NCBI GenBank assembly: GCA_964035545.1
Contig: OZ037772.1
Coordinates: forward strand, 7,796,889-7,860,888
Length of the DNA stretch: 64,000 nt
From: Bugula neritina
Lineage: Eukaryota; Animalia; Bryozoa
Reading direction: 5' to 3'
In this document: in pieces, positions 52,701 through 64,000 of the stretch
Position numbering within the stretch: the stretch's first letter is position 1
Layout: every line of letters begins with the position of its first letter
The notes under the pieces: model-generated
What the model was told of the DNA's origin: nothing
The model's database searches: none
The model's input: the letters and a program-made list of their open reading frames with translations, nothing else
Translations under genes and position numbers: made by a program

Positions 52701-55700
52701 TTAACGTGGGCTTTTTGCTTTCTCAGATACTGTTGAAGTTAACTAAAGAATACAAATGATCAAAATATACAACATTTACCATTTTCTTATATGTTGATCA
52801 TTTCTACGTATTGACTATTTTTAACCTAAATTTCATAAATATTTTTTTGCAAGCAGCTTGCAGTTTGTTGCAAGACCTTTTTGCAGCATCTATTGAACTT
52901 TTATTCAAATAGTTTTTTTGATTTCTTTTTCAATTTCGCTATAAGATTCTAATTTGCTTGCTTGTACTAAATAGATTGAAATAACATAGTTTATTACTGA
53001 TGCCTGCACTTTTTATATACACAAATATAAACCTGATTGCAATTCCAAAGTATTTGGTTGCATTATTGCAAAATGGTCATAGCGCCATCTTTAATTGTAG
53101 TTTTTTCTACCATAATATATTTAAATGCTGGCTAATAAAACGAAATGGTTCAATATTAGATTAACTCTAATTTGAGACAAGCTACGTGTTAGCTAATCTA
53201 CCACATTAACAACTATATACTTTTAAACACATCAGGTTTTCTTAATTAGTTTGTTTAAATACATCTCACAAAATAGCAATGAATTTAGGCTTCAAAATTT
53301 TTGCAAGAACTTACTGTCTTTGTAGTGCTCATTTTAATGACAGGCTTTTTCTTCACTTTTTTCCCAGGTGCTGGTGCTAAAACCAAAAGTTTTTTCATTA
53401 AAAACTTTGTGTTATATCAAATGTCTCCGTAGCTGTCAGTCAAATATATAAAAATCTTGCGGTAGGTCTGTTTGTAAATTTTGCGAAAACTATTCAGAGA
53501 ACTTAAGCAAAAAATTCCTAAAGCAGAGTTCTAAGAAAAAATATTTCTTAACTTTTTATTATTTAAGCCAAAGTTTTTTAATTAAAACACATTATTTATT
53601 AGGGAATAAACAATTGAAACAAGCTATTTTTCATTGTATAGGATTCAAACAATATAAATAATCAATTATAATTATTAGGTAAAATTATTATTTTGTAAGG
53701 AATTGTTCTTAAATTGAGTAGTTCTGATAATTTTCACTAAATAGAAAATTTGTTATGTAGCGCTCATATTTATTATTTTTACGTTGTTTACTGTGATACC
53801 AGTTATTTTCAGCATAAAAACGAGCTAAATATTTTAGTAGCAGTAAACTGATGATTGCAGTAGGTAAAAAACATTTTAAATTTTAAGTCCATTACACTCA
53901 CAATCAAGTGGAGATAAGTTTTTAGTGAAGCACACTGCGGAACAATTGTAACATGTTATAATATAAATGAAACAATATAGAAAGCAACAGTTGAACAACA
54001 AAAAGACATTTTTCATGTCTAAGACTAACAGAATAAACATTGAATAAATAAATATAAACATAATTTGGATATTTTTAAACAGGTAAAAAAATTCAGTCGA
54101 TGAGCATGCTTGATCTTTGTGTTTTATGATAAAATAACTGAGTTTAATATTATAGTAGTTAAACAATAACTCAATTACTATTGTCTGTTGATAATGATTA
54201 TGTATTAGTAGTAGTCAGGTTATTGTTTACTATACTCATGCAGTTATCTTATATCCTACAGTATAATAATCAGGTAACTCATCAATGAAACATTTTCACT
54301 TGATTCATGAATAAAGGTTAACAACATACTTGAAAAGCTTGGTCCACCCGATACCTGAAACAATAATATTTTGCTAATTAGGCCTCAACTAATATTGTGT
54401 GTATCCTAAAATTTGAGATACGTATTCATATCACATGTAATAAAATATAATATTAATGTCAATAACGCCCACATTTTCATAGTCACCACAGCCCTGTGAG
54501 AAAACCCCTGATGGAATTTTTTTTTGTTAAATCGAGCTAAGAACTTATTCAGATTAGACACAGGAGCAATTATGACTGAATGCTCTTTCTAACATCACCA
54601 ATAGTTTTTGTCAGGGCCTAAACCCATGCTTCGTGAAGTACTAGGCAAACGCTCTAACCACTCAAACAAGGGTGCTACTATATACTATTATCAGCAAAGT
54701 TGATGTTTTATTTTTTTATTCATGATTTCTTTCAGCATATCTTATTATTTGAGTATTCAAGCAGTACATTTTCTAATTTTTAGGATTTGTATAACGTAGT
54801 TGAAAGTTCTCCTGTGCATAATTAAACGTGCATGATTTGTTTTTTATCTGACAAAAAAACAATGCCAAGATAATGCTTTTGCAGCGAACACAAGGCTACT
54901 GAGCCACAGATGCATTAGAAATATAATTGCAATTATAATTATAACAATTATAACTACACAAAGCTCAAGTTATATATGCAAAGATGTTGAATATCTTATA
55001 GTACTATGATTTACTAAAAAAACAGTGTCGATCAAACACCTTTTTCTACAGCCTTAATAAACAAAATAATCATTGTTTGAAAATATATAGGCAATAATAA
55101 TTTCATCATGTTTCGAGCAAATTAACAAATTAAAACAATTTTACAGATTATGATACAATTAAAGTAATTCAAAGGCACATACACGGCTACTCACCTTGTT
55201 GTTGACTGCTCCCACCTGCTGCTCTTTTCCTAAAAAAAGTAAAAAGCTCAACAACACTACACAAAAATTAGCAAATGCATAAGTTTTTACATAAGTCAGT
55301 CAAAAATTCTAAAATAAATTTGTGTGAGTCGATAGCAATTATCTTTGTTAGAACTTTTAAACAAACCCAAAGGTTTTACTAGTGAGCAATTATGCACTCT
55401 TCCTAGCACCACCGGGTTTTACTGGGGGTGAAGACACTGAGTTAATGTTTGTTGAGGCACGAATTTAACTGCGAATCTGTGACATGACAGGTTGTCTTCG
55501 AAAACCTTATACAACTGAAATAGGATGGATATATTATTTCTTCACAAGGATTTATATACAGAATTGCCGTTCATTATTATTACTTACTTTTTTGTATCTT
55601 TTGTCTTACGAATAATAATATTCCGCCCGTCAGGATCAACACACTTATGATGACTGCTGCAACAACTCCACCGGTTTTCTTTTTTTTAGATGCTTCAGTG

Positions 55701-57718
55701 GTTGGCGGTGGTGAGGTGAGAGGAGGGTAATCTAAGCATTAAGTTCTTTGAAAGTAAACAGGAACAACATGATCTGAATATAACTAGTGTTTTACTAGAA
55801 AGTCTTAGTAATGGCTGTCATACTATAACTCTGTTCTCTGATACTCGTGGACTCACGCAAGTTTATAGTTGCTATCCCTGTGAGAGACCCCTGATAGAAA
55901 TGGCTTTTGTTAAAGCAGGCTAAGGACGTATTTAAATGAAGCACAGGAGCAATTATGACTGGATGCTCTTCCTAACACCACCAATAGCCTTTGTCTGGGC
56001 CCGAACCCATGATCTTGTGCTTACTAGGCAAACACTCTAATCCCTAGACCACGGTTGCTCCGTTATAATTAGTGTTTTACATTTATTGACAATAAAAATT
56101 TATTCAGTAAAAAACTTACTCAATAAAACTCATCCAAATTTCAACTTGAGGTCAAGTATACTTAAAACTTTAGTTATACTAAATAATTAAAAACTCAAAA
56201 CTCACCCGTATAACCAAGCGAATAAATTGAATGATCACCAATGATGTAAATTTTCGAAGCTTCTCTAGACGCAACAAAGTTTCTAGGGTGCTCTAGTTTG
56301 CATGTAGCAATCGAACCCCCAATAACACTGACATCGCCATTTTGGAGAAGGCATATAGATGATACAAAGGATTGGGCCAAATCTACGACCCGTAGCACAT
56401 GGTTTTTGTAATCTGTGAGTAGAATGGTTTGGTTATCTAGAAAGTGTAGGTATTTTGGTTTCCGAATTTTTGCACTGTCTAGTGCACCATCGTTGTGTCC
56501 AAAGCCAGAAATAATAATCTCAGGTGAGCTTGCTGTGGCAGAAGATACTCGAATTATACTTGAGTTGGTGGTGAAGTAAAGGTATGCACCAGTAGGGTCA
56601 AAGGTCATACCGAATAGCTCTTCGTTTAAATTAGCTATAGTTTGAATGAACCAGGTTGAGCCGACTAGAAGAAGGCATCTAAGCCGTCCATCGCTGCTTT
56701 CATAAAAGTAAATTTTTTTGCTCTCCGATGGTGATACAGCCATGCCAAATGGATACGCTACTTCCGCAGATGTAAAATCGCCATCTTGTATGCGTCGGAA
56801 TCCCCCACAAACTCCAGTTAGATCACTGGTTATGTTGCTTACGCGATCAAGAGTTCTGAAACAACTGTTATCCTGATCAGAGATCCATATATGTTTATCA
56901 TTTGCCGGGCTTGTAGCTATTCCATTTATATAGCCAAACCTTGACAGACTCTTTCCTCCGTTAACATATCCATCAAGGTTTGACAATCCTCCTATATAGT
57001 GTGGAGTCTTGAAGTCACTAGTAGTGTAAATACCGTATCCAAACACCACCAAGTAATTCCCTTTCACAAAGTCATCTGCCACTATGTATCGACATTCAGG
57101 CCCACCGCTGTTAGTCCGAAATAAAACTTTCATTTCTTCAAATTTAATGCTAAAAAATGAGCATTGATAAATCACTCTGAACTAGTTTGCAATTTTTTGG
57201 GATATATTAGCAGAAAGTTTAAAACAATTTGCATAAAAGCAGTTTATACTGTCCACATTTTATTGTACTCGTTCTATCAGTGTGAATTCATGCAGGTTGC
57301 TTACTGTGTACTGTACAGGCTTACCTATCTGTGTGTGTTTTGTACTCAATATCTCCATAAGTGACATGCCAGAGAAGTTTTCCCTGAAACATTTTATTTC
57401 AACAATTATCATGTTTTTGCTGTTTAAATTTTATGTTTTTGGTCTCTGTTTACTGCCAGACATTTTAATCGACTTGTTGCATCAGGGAATTATTTAAGAT
57501 GTATAAGAGCTTGAATGAAAGTGTTACTTTCATGCTAGGTATTGCATGCTCTGATGCAGATATTCTCTTGTTAGCCAAAAATTGACATTTATTGGTATAA
57601 GAGCTAAAATATTTGATATGCAGGCCCTATTAGCATATACACTACATCAATTTTGAAATAATATTGTTTGTATACTTACACATATGCAAATCACTAATAG
57701 ATAGAGTCGGAATTTCAT
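52701..57718 (-). CDS. G9: NHL-like propeller receptor, TM, tail truncated before the tyrosine motif
   Basis: Exons 57680-57718 (MKFRLYLLVICIC), 57325-57383, 56206-57149, 55588-55731 (TM), 55195-55229, 54330-54354, 53315-53376, 52701-52742 (LTSTVSEKAKSPR*). Homology to the G10 last exon continues in another frame. Confidence 0.75.
54475..54678 (-). mobile_element. SINE, same family
   Basis: Shares cacaggagcaattatgactg..ctaacatcaccaat..aacccatg..tactaggcaaacgctcta with 50099-50282. Confidence 0.8.
55404..55514 (-). mobile_element. Possible decayed Tc1/mariner transposase fragment
   Basis: Translation KVFEDNLSCHRFAVKFVPQQTLT resembles the mariner (A)KFVP/WVPxxL linker motif; short and unverified. 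Confidence 0.3.
55852..56061 (-). mobile_element. SINE, same family (most complete copy)
   Basis: Same core and tRNA-like head (ggagcaaccgtggtctagggattagagtg..gggttcgggccc). Confidence 0.82.
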
Positions 57719-58873
57719 TGTCAACTTGAATAATCTCCTGACTTACAATATTTTTATCATAGAGTTTAGCTAGCAAAACAATACAGTTGCGAATTTGAGA
57801 ATTTCAGTCATGCAAAATATTTCACTTCAATAAAAATAAGAAAAAAAACATTGCTTTAATTAGCCTAATACCTTCATGCATTGAGTTCAAAGTAACAAGC
57901 ATGCAGTTGAATAAAACACATTCACAACTTTATTTTGTCATTTTTAGTGCCAGTTATTTAGAAAACTGTCTTCTTGTATACAAATTTTAAATAATTCTTT
58001 GAAACTTTCTACAAAAACACTAGTTTTTTTTCAGAATAGTTTACCTAGTTTTGACTCAGTTTCTCATTTGTTGATGTTGAGTATTTTTTATAACTTTAAG
58101 ATATTATATTGACTCGGTCCCATCCTAGACAAGAAACCAAACATAAAACAGCTCTGTCATATTTAGTTTCAATTGTATATTATATATATTGTGTATATAT
58201 TATGAACTTTTTTTTGCTGTATCTTATTTGAGCTTTCATTTTTGTTCTTTTTTAGATATCATGTATATATCACGTACATGTTACATCTATGTATATAGTT
58301 TTACCACATTGACATGGCATGTTTAAATATGTATATTATTAAACAGCAAAATGTCTAAATGTAAGTTTGAAGTAGATGTGTTTACATATTTTAGAGTGTG
58401 TCATTGCTTTCTGGGCTTTGGGCCGAATTTGAAACGTTGTTTGAGGAAACAACTGAGCTGCACACTTGCTAAGAAAGTTTATATAAATCAATTGAACTGT
58501 TTGTAATGTGAGGGTTGGGTAGAACCAAATCACGTGATCATCATAATTTAGGTTTGGTTTCAGATTTTAAGAAAATTGGGTTAATACTTTAGGAAACCTA
58601 TGGAGCCACTTTTTAGACAACTCAGTCAAAGCTGTGATAAAACTGCAAAGAATTTACAAGTATTCATAAATTTTTATTTATTGAAATTTTGTTTTAAGTT
58701 GAACATAATACAGAAAACTAAAATATCAATTGTATAGTTTGCATTATAGTAATGCACTGAGTTTGAAAACAAGTTTTTGGGATAGATGTCACATAAAACT
58801 ACCGAAATAAAAAAAAATAGTTTGTAGTATTAAGTAGATTTTTAAATAAAGATGTTTTTAGTCACTGAGGTGC

Positions 58874-61800
58874 TTATAGAAGACTGGCATAAACATCCGC
58901 TTCATCGACTTTCATTACTCCTGTAGTCACAGGAAATGAACTGTACACTTGCTCTTGAACTGGAGGGTTTGCATAATCATGCTCTACTTGCTCAGGCTGT
59001 GTTGAAGGTGTCTATAAAGAACAAAATTCCATCACCCCAAAGTTTTAAATACGTTCTGTTTCAAGCAAATCAAATTTGTTTAATTTATTCAGAAAATTGT
59101 ATCAGAAAAACATGTTTTTCATTTATTTTAAATCATTTCAATTCAGAATTTATTCTAATTTAATGGACAACAATTCAAATAAAAAAATTTAGTGTTTGTT
59201 GAAAAAAATATTTGATGAGCTTTAGGCCTATATTTTATTGCACTGAATTAACTGCTTTTCCATTCAATGAGTTTTATTTGACTTTGTAGTATATGCGCTT
59301 CTCTACAACTAACTATTAATTATTAAACTTATATTAGCTGGCAGCTACATGATCATTTTATAGAGTTGTGAATTTAAACTTTAATTTTTTTAAATAAATC
59401 TTTTTTATTTTGTTTATAGTAGCTATTATAACTATAATCAAATAATGTTATTTCAAGATTTCTGTGTGAAAAATGTGTAGTACACTCATTTATATTTTTA
59501 CTACTTATTTTGCTATTCATTTGCGGAATATAACATTCCAGCTGCTATAATTGGAGGTTTCACCAAAACTTTTAAACTGTAATATTATTAATTAAAAAAA
59601 CTTTAAATCTTTGATAATTCGCACTAAATACATAGATTGAAATGATTTGACTTTGATGAACTATTTATATACACATATATAGAGTTGATGTAGTTAGAGT
59701 ACCTAATTGTATTAATATATCAAGTATTATTATATAAATTGTAAGCTTCATCAGCAGTTAAAAATAAAATAGTTGAATCAAAAATTTAATCTAAGGGAAA
59801 TTAAACAATTGGATAGCAAGCTATACCAACTGTAGTAATTTGCCCAAAAACTAAGAAATAATGTTTAGCTAAAAGTTTTTTGTAGAAAATATCCGCAGTA
59901 TATCAAGTTGTATTAAGTATGGCAAAGTGTCTTAGCCTAAAACTTTTATATAAAAGCTTACTCTGTTTAAATTGCTCTGCCTTTTCTTCGATTTTTTGGG
60001 TTTCTTTTTTTCACCGTCTTGTTTCTTGCGTTCTAAAGAAAATGTTTTTAAAATGTTACAATATTTAAAAGTCAACTTGAAAAACCTTCCTGGCCTCTCT
60101 ACTACTCATTCAGTCTTTAAACTCCCTTGACCTCTCCATACTACTCCGGAATACGCTATTACTACACTTCACTAAAAGTTTAAATAGCTTGAGAAATGGT
60201 TTTTCCCATTAGGATTCATGCAAACCCGATACATCCTCTTTGAAAGCAGGAACACTAACCATTACGCTAATAATTGGCCACAGAGTAATAGCGACACTAG
60301 CATATGCTGATCAATTAAGCTTATTATCCAAATGTACTTGCTAGCTTATTATAAAGACAAAAAACATACCTGATTTTGGCCTGGCTACTTCAGCGCTTGT
60401 CTCGCTGTACCCCTAAAATATTCACATTTTTAAAATAAAGTTTTGTAATTGTTTTAAAAAACCTGGTTTTGTGCAACTCGAGTTGGTAAAGAAATTATAA
60501 CGTTTTGTTCATTTATTTACAATTGTTTGTTATACTCTTCAAACCATTTCCAAACTCATTCTTTAAATTTTATAATTCTTTATATAAAGTTTTTTGTAAA
60601 AATTGCACAGGACCGTACATTTAGAACATGTGGGTTTGAAAAGATTTGTAAATAAAATAATGTTATCTTTTACTAAGATAATTATTAGAAACTAGAAGAG
60701 CATTCAAAAAATATGCAAACATAGGTTTGTGGTATATTATATAATACTCTTATGGTTGACTATAAACATAGTTATTCAAATATTTTTTTTAAAGAAACAT
60801 AAAAGATAAAAATCTAGAGTTAATGGAAGCATAGCGATTGCATATTGTAAAATTTTTGACCAAATCAAAATTGCACACTGGTTCTGTTGCAGTTGAAATA
60901 ATAAAAAAAGCACGTACTATGGTGTCAGCTTGCACTACAGGAGGTTTTCGATGGTTCATTCTGTCTATCGTTGGCTCTACTGTTCTGATCTCTCCTAAAA
61001 GAGATAGTAATAATTTTAGTACCAATAATACTATAGTAAAATTCACAAATATTTATAGTTATTTTCTTGTGAGAGTTTTTATTAGAAATGTTTTTGTAAG
61101 GCATGCTGAGGATTTTTTCATATGAGGCACAGGAGAGAGTATGACTGAAAGCTTTGCCAATGGCTTTTGTTGAGATTTAAACTCGTGACTTAGTGTTTAA
61201 TTAACCATTGCTCTAACCCCTAGAATATGTTGATCCTTTTTCAAGGTTTTGTTATCAATCATTTCTCACGTTTTGAAAGGATTATATTTGAATAATCATC
61301 TCTGTGAGAACCCCTTCAAGATGTTTAGCAAAAGAACATTTGTTGATACATTGATGCCTTCTTAGTATCCCCAATGAGAAAAACTCTGCTAAAATGCTTG
61401 AAGTACCATTTTGTTTTCTATGCTACTCTTGCTCCTTAGCACAGCAACTAATAGTCCTCAAACCAGTGTTTTCAACGGTTGAAAATATATCATTGCGAAT
61501 TAAATTTTTGAGGATCCACGAAAAGCTGGTGTATGTCAAAATGTTGTACAAAACATTTGATTGTCGTTAAAATAGCATCTTTTTTTTCATATGCACGTAT
61601 TAACAAATTTGTCAAATAATTTCACTACTAACCTTGTTTTTCTTTTAGTACAAGAAATATTAAAACTGCAGCAACCAAACTCAGCAAAACAAGGATGATT
61701 GCAGCAAAAATTCTCCCAGCGTTGGTTTTACCAGAACTCCCAGAAGGTGTTGCGGTGGTTGTAGGTACTGCTACAACTAAAATAATAAACTTTGCTAAAT

Positions 61801-63471
61801 AGTATATTTATCTACTCAATAGAAAATGCAATGTTTAAAAACATAGTTTTTTTTCTCTAGTTATGGAAAGAACTTTTGATCTATACCACAAAAATACATG
61901 AACAAGCAAACATATTAAAACAGGGTTTATCAGGTCAAATTTCTGTCTGCAGTACAGTGCAACTTGTATAAGAATAAAAAATTTGAGATCAAAAACTTAC
62001 TAGAATAGTTGAGAGCATAAATCGTAGAGTCTCCTATTATGTAAAGTGTCGATGATTCTCTAGATATGACAAAGTTTCTAGGATAAGGCATTCTGCATGT
62101 ATTAATTGAACCATTTTGAAGCATACTACCATCAGTTTGCAAACGGCATACAGTTGACACAAAAGAGAGAGTCAAGTCTACAACTCTTAGCACATGGTTC
62201 TTGTAATCTGTGAGTAGAATCGTTTTGTGGTCTAAGAAGTGTAAATATTTTGGTTCCCGCATTTTCGCACTGCCTAATGCACCGTCATTGTGTCCGAAGC
62301 CAGAAATAAGAGTCTCGGGTGAGCTTTCCCAGTTGGAAGATACTCGCATAACACTGGAGTTAGTGGTAAAGTAAAGATATGCACCAGTAAGGTCAAATGT
62401 CAGACCAGATATATTTTTGTTAATTTGAGCTATAGTTTGGATGGACCAAGTTGAGCCAACTAGAAGAAGGCACCTAATTCGCCCATCGAGGCTTTCATGA
62501 AAGTAGATTTTTTTGCTCTCTGATGGTGATACAGCCATGCCAAATGGATACGCTACTTCCGCAGATGTAAAATCGCCATCCCGTATGCGTCGTATTTTAC
62601 CGCATGCTCCAGTAAGATCACTGGTAATATTGGTTAAGCGATCAAGAGTTCTGAAGCAACCATTATCCTCGTCAGAGATCCATATATGTCGATTACTACT
62701 CGGGCTCGTGGCTACTCCATTGATATAACCAAATCTTGACTGGCTCTTTCCACCATTAGCATGTCCTCCTATGTTTGACAATCCTCCTATATAGTGTGGG
62801 GTTATAAAGTCACTAGTTGTGTAAATACCGTATCCAAACACCACCAAGTAATTTCCTTTTATGAAATCATCTGCCACTATGTATCTACACTGAGGTTGAT
62901 TGATGTTTGTTGCAAACAAGTATTTCACTTTGTGAAACTTTATGCTACAAAAAAAGTGTTGAATTATGCAGCTTAAAAAACCTTGTCACTATGTTAAGTA
63001 TACATAAAATATCAACACACAGGACAGTTAAGGGCAACCTTTAGCTGCAGCTCCCATACTGAGGTTTGCATTGTAATCATATTCATATCATATATATAGC
63101 TTGCTGTGTACTTTGTTTATGTAGCACCCATAATGAAATGTTAATAGATGATGCAGCCATAAGTGAGGTTGCTGTTTACTGGTTGTAGTTAGATCGTAGG
63201 CTAAACACTTGTAGGTAGGCAACACACATGCTACTCACAGAGCAATATTATAAAAGAAGCTGAACTACATTTTGAAAGAAATTTCTGATATTTTTAGTAA
63301 GGGTGCCCTTAACTATTCTGAAAAGATTTATTTTTAGAAATTTGGCCTGAAAAAAATTTAGCTGTTACTAAAAGTTTACTATCTGCAAGTTGCTCATTGT
63401 GTATAAGTGTACCTGTTGATGTGATCTTTATACAAAGCCCCTCCATCTGTTGCATGCCAATACAGCTCTAG
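58874..63471 (-). CDS. G10: NHL-like propeller receptor, TM, tail with bi-tyrosine motif (signal exon not located)
   Basis: Exons 63413-63471, 62001-62944, 61633-61776 (TM IFAAIILVLLSLVAAVLIFLVL), 60918-60994, 60370-60412, 59962-60032 (Lys-rich), 58874-59011 (..HDYANP..QVYSSFPVTTGVMKVDEADVYASLL*). Exon 1 not identified; it may lie beyond 64000. Confidence 0.78.
61085..61236 (-). mobile_element. SINE, same family, degenerate
   Basis: gcacaggag..atgactg..ccaatggcttttg..ctctaacccctaga matches the family core. Confidence 0.65.
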
Positions 63472-64000
63472 CTAAAACACAGTTTTTAAAGTTTATCATT
63501 TTTTTTTTCAAAAATTATTTTTCAGTTAAGCAAATAGATACAATGGCAATCATTTTATGATACTTAATTTTTTAGACATGAAACCATAGGTGTATGTCTA
63601 ATGAAGAGATTCATCTAACTTGGTTTGTTTTCAGGCTAGGAATTTTTATTTTCTATTGAGTCACTTTACTTTATTTAGTAAAAAATCTAGACGTTCACAC
63701 CAAAACTTAGATTTTCCTCAAAGTTGATGAAATTTACTTTGAGGAAAATGGGATAATTTTATTTGTTGATTCTGATAAAGTGTAGTCAAAAAAGCTAGAA
63801 AAGGGTCGTACAACATTAGTTTGCCAAATGCATCTATTCAGACCATGATAATTTTTTCATTATAGTCCACACATCTCAATTTACTAAAAACATAGTAAAA
63901 GATATTTAAAATCAAGAGAAATAATAAAATTAACAGTTATCTTCATTCTTTAATATTTTTGATTTAGCTAAACTTTTATACATTTGCATCTATATTTTGA

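Overview
AT-rich eukaryotic DNA with spliceosomal introns, probably from an invertebrate animal; the taxon cannot be fixed from sequence alone. The window is almost entirely a head-to-tail array of 10 paralogous minus-strand genes (G1-G10). I reconstructed their exons by hand from GT-AG sites and phase consistency; there is no transcript support. Each gene has a 39-48 nt signal-peptide exon (not located for G10), a 59-62 nt exon, one uninterrupted 941-959 nt exon encoding an NHL-repeat-like beta-propeller ectodomain (GHNDG motif, conserved Cys) and a Ser/Thr-rich stalk. There are three C-terminal types. G1-G4 have a TM helix and a cytoplasmic tail, which in G2-G4 is Pro-rich with a polybasic end (G1 runs off the window). 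G5-G7 have only a terminal hydrophobic, GPI-signal-like peptide. G8-G10 have a TM helix and tail, which in G8 and G10 carries a conserved YxxF-x14-YAxL bi-tyrosine motif (broken in G9). G7 has a nonsense codon, G5 and G9 have tail frameshifts, and G7 looks mosaic. Overall this resembles a rapidly evolving immune- or recognition-type receptor cluster (inference). Introns hold two 5'-inverted Penelope-like elements with five minimal hammerhead ribozymes, a MITE, a long-TIR element, tRNA-derived SINEs and many microsatellites. An exact inverted copy of one exon sits inside a TA tract upstream of G3.
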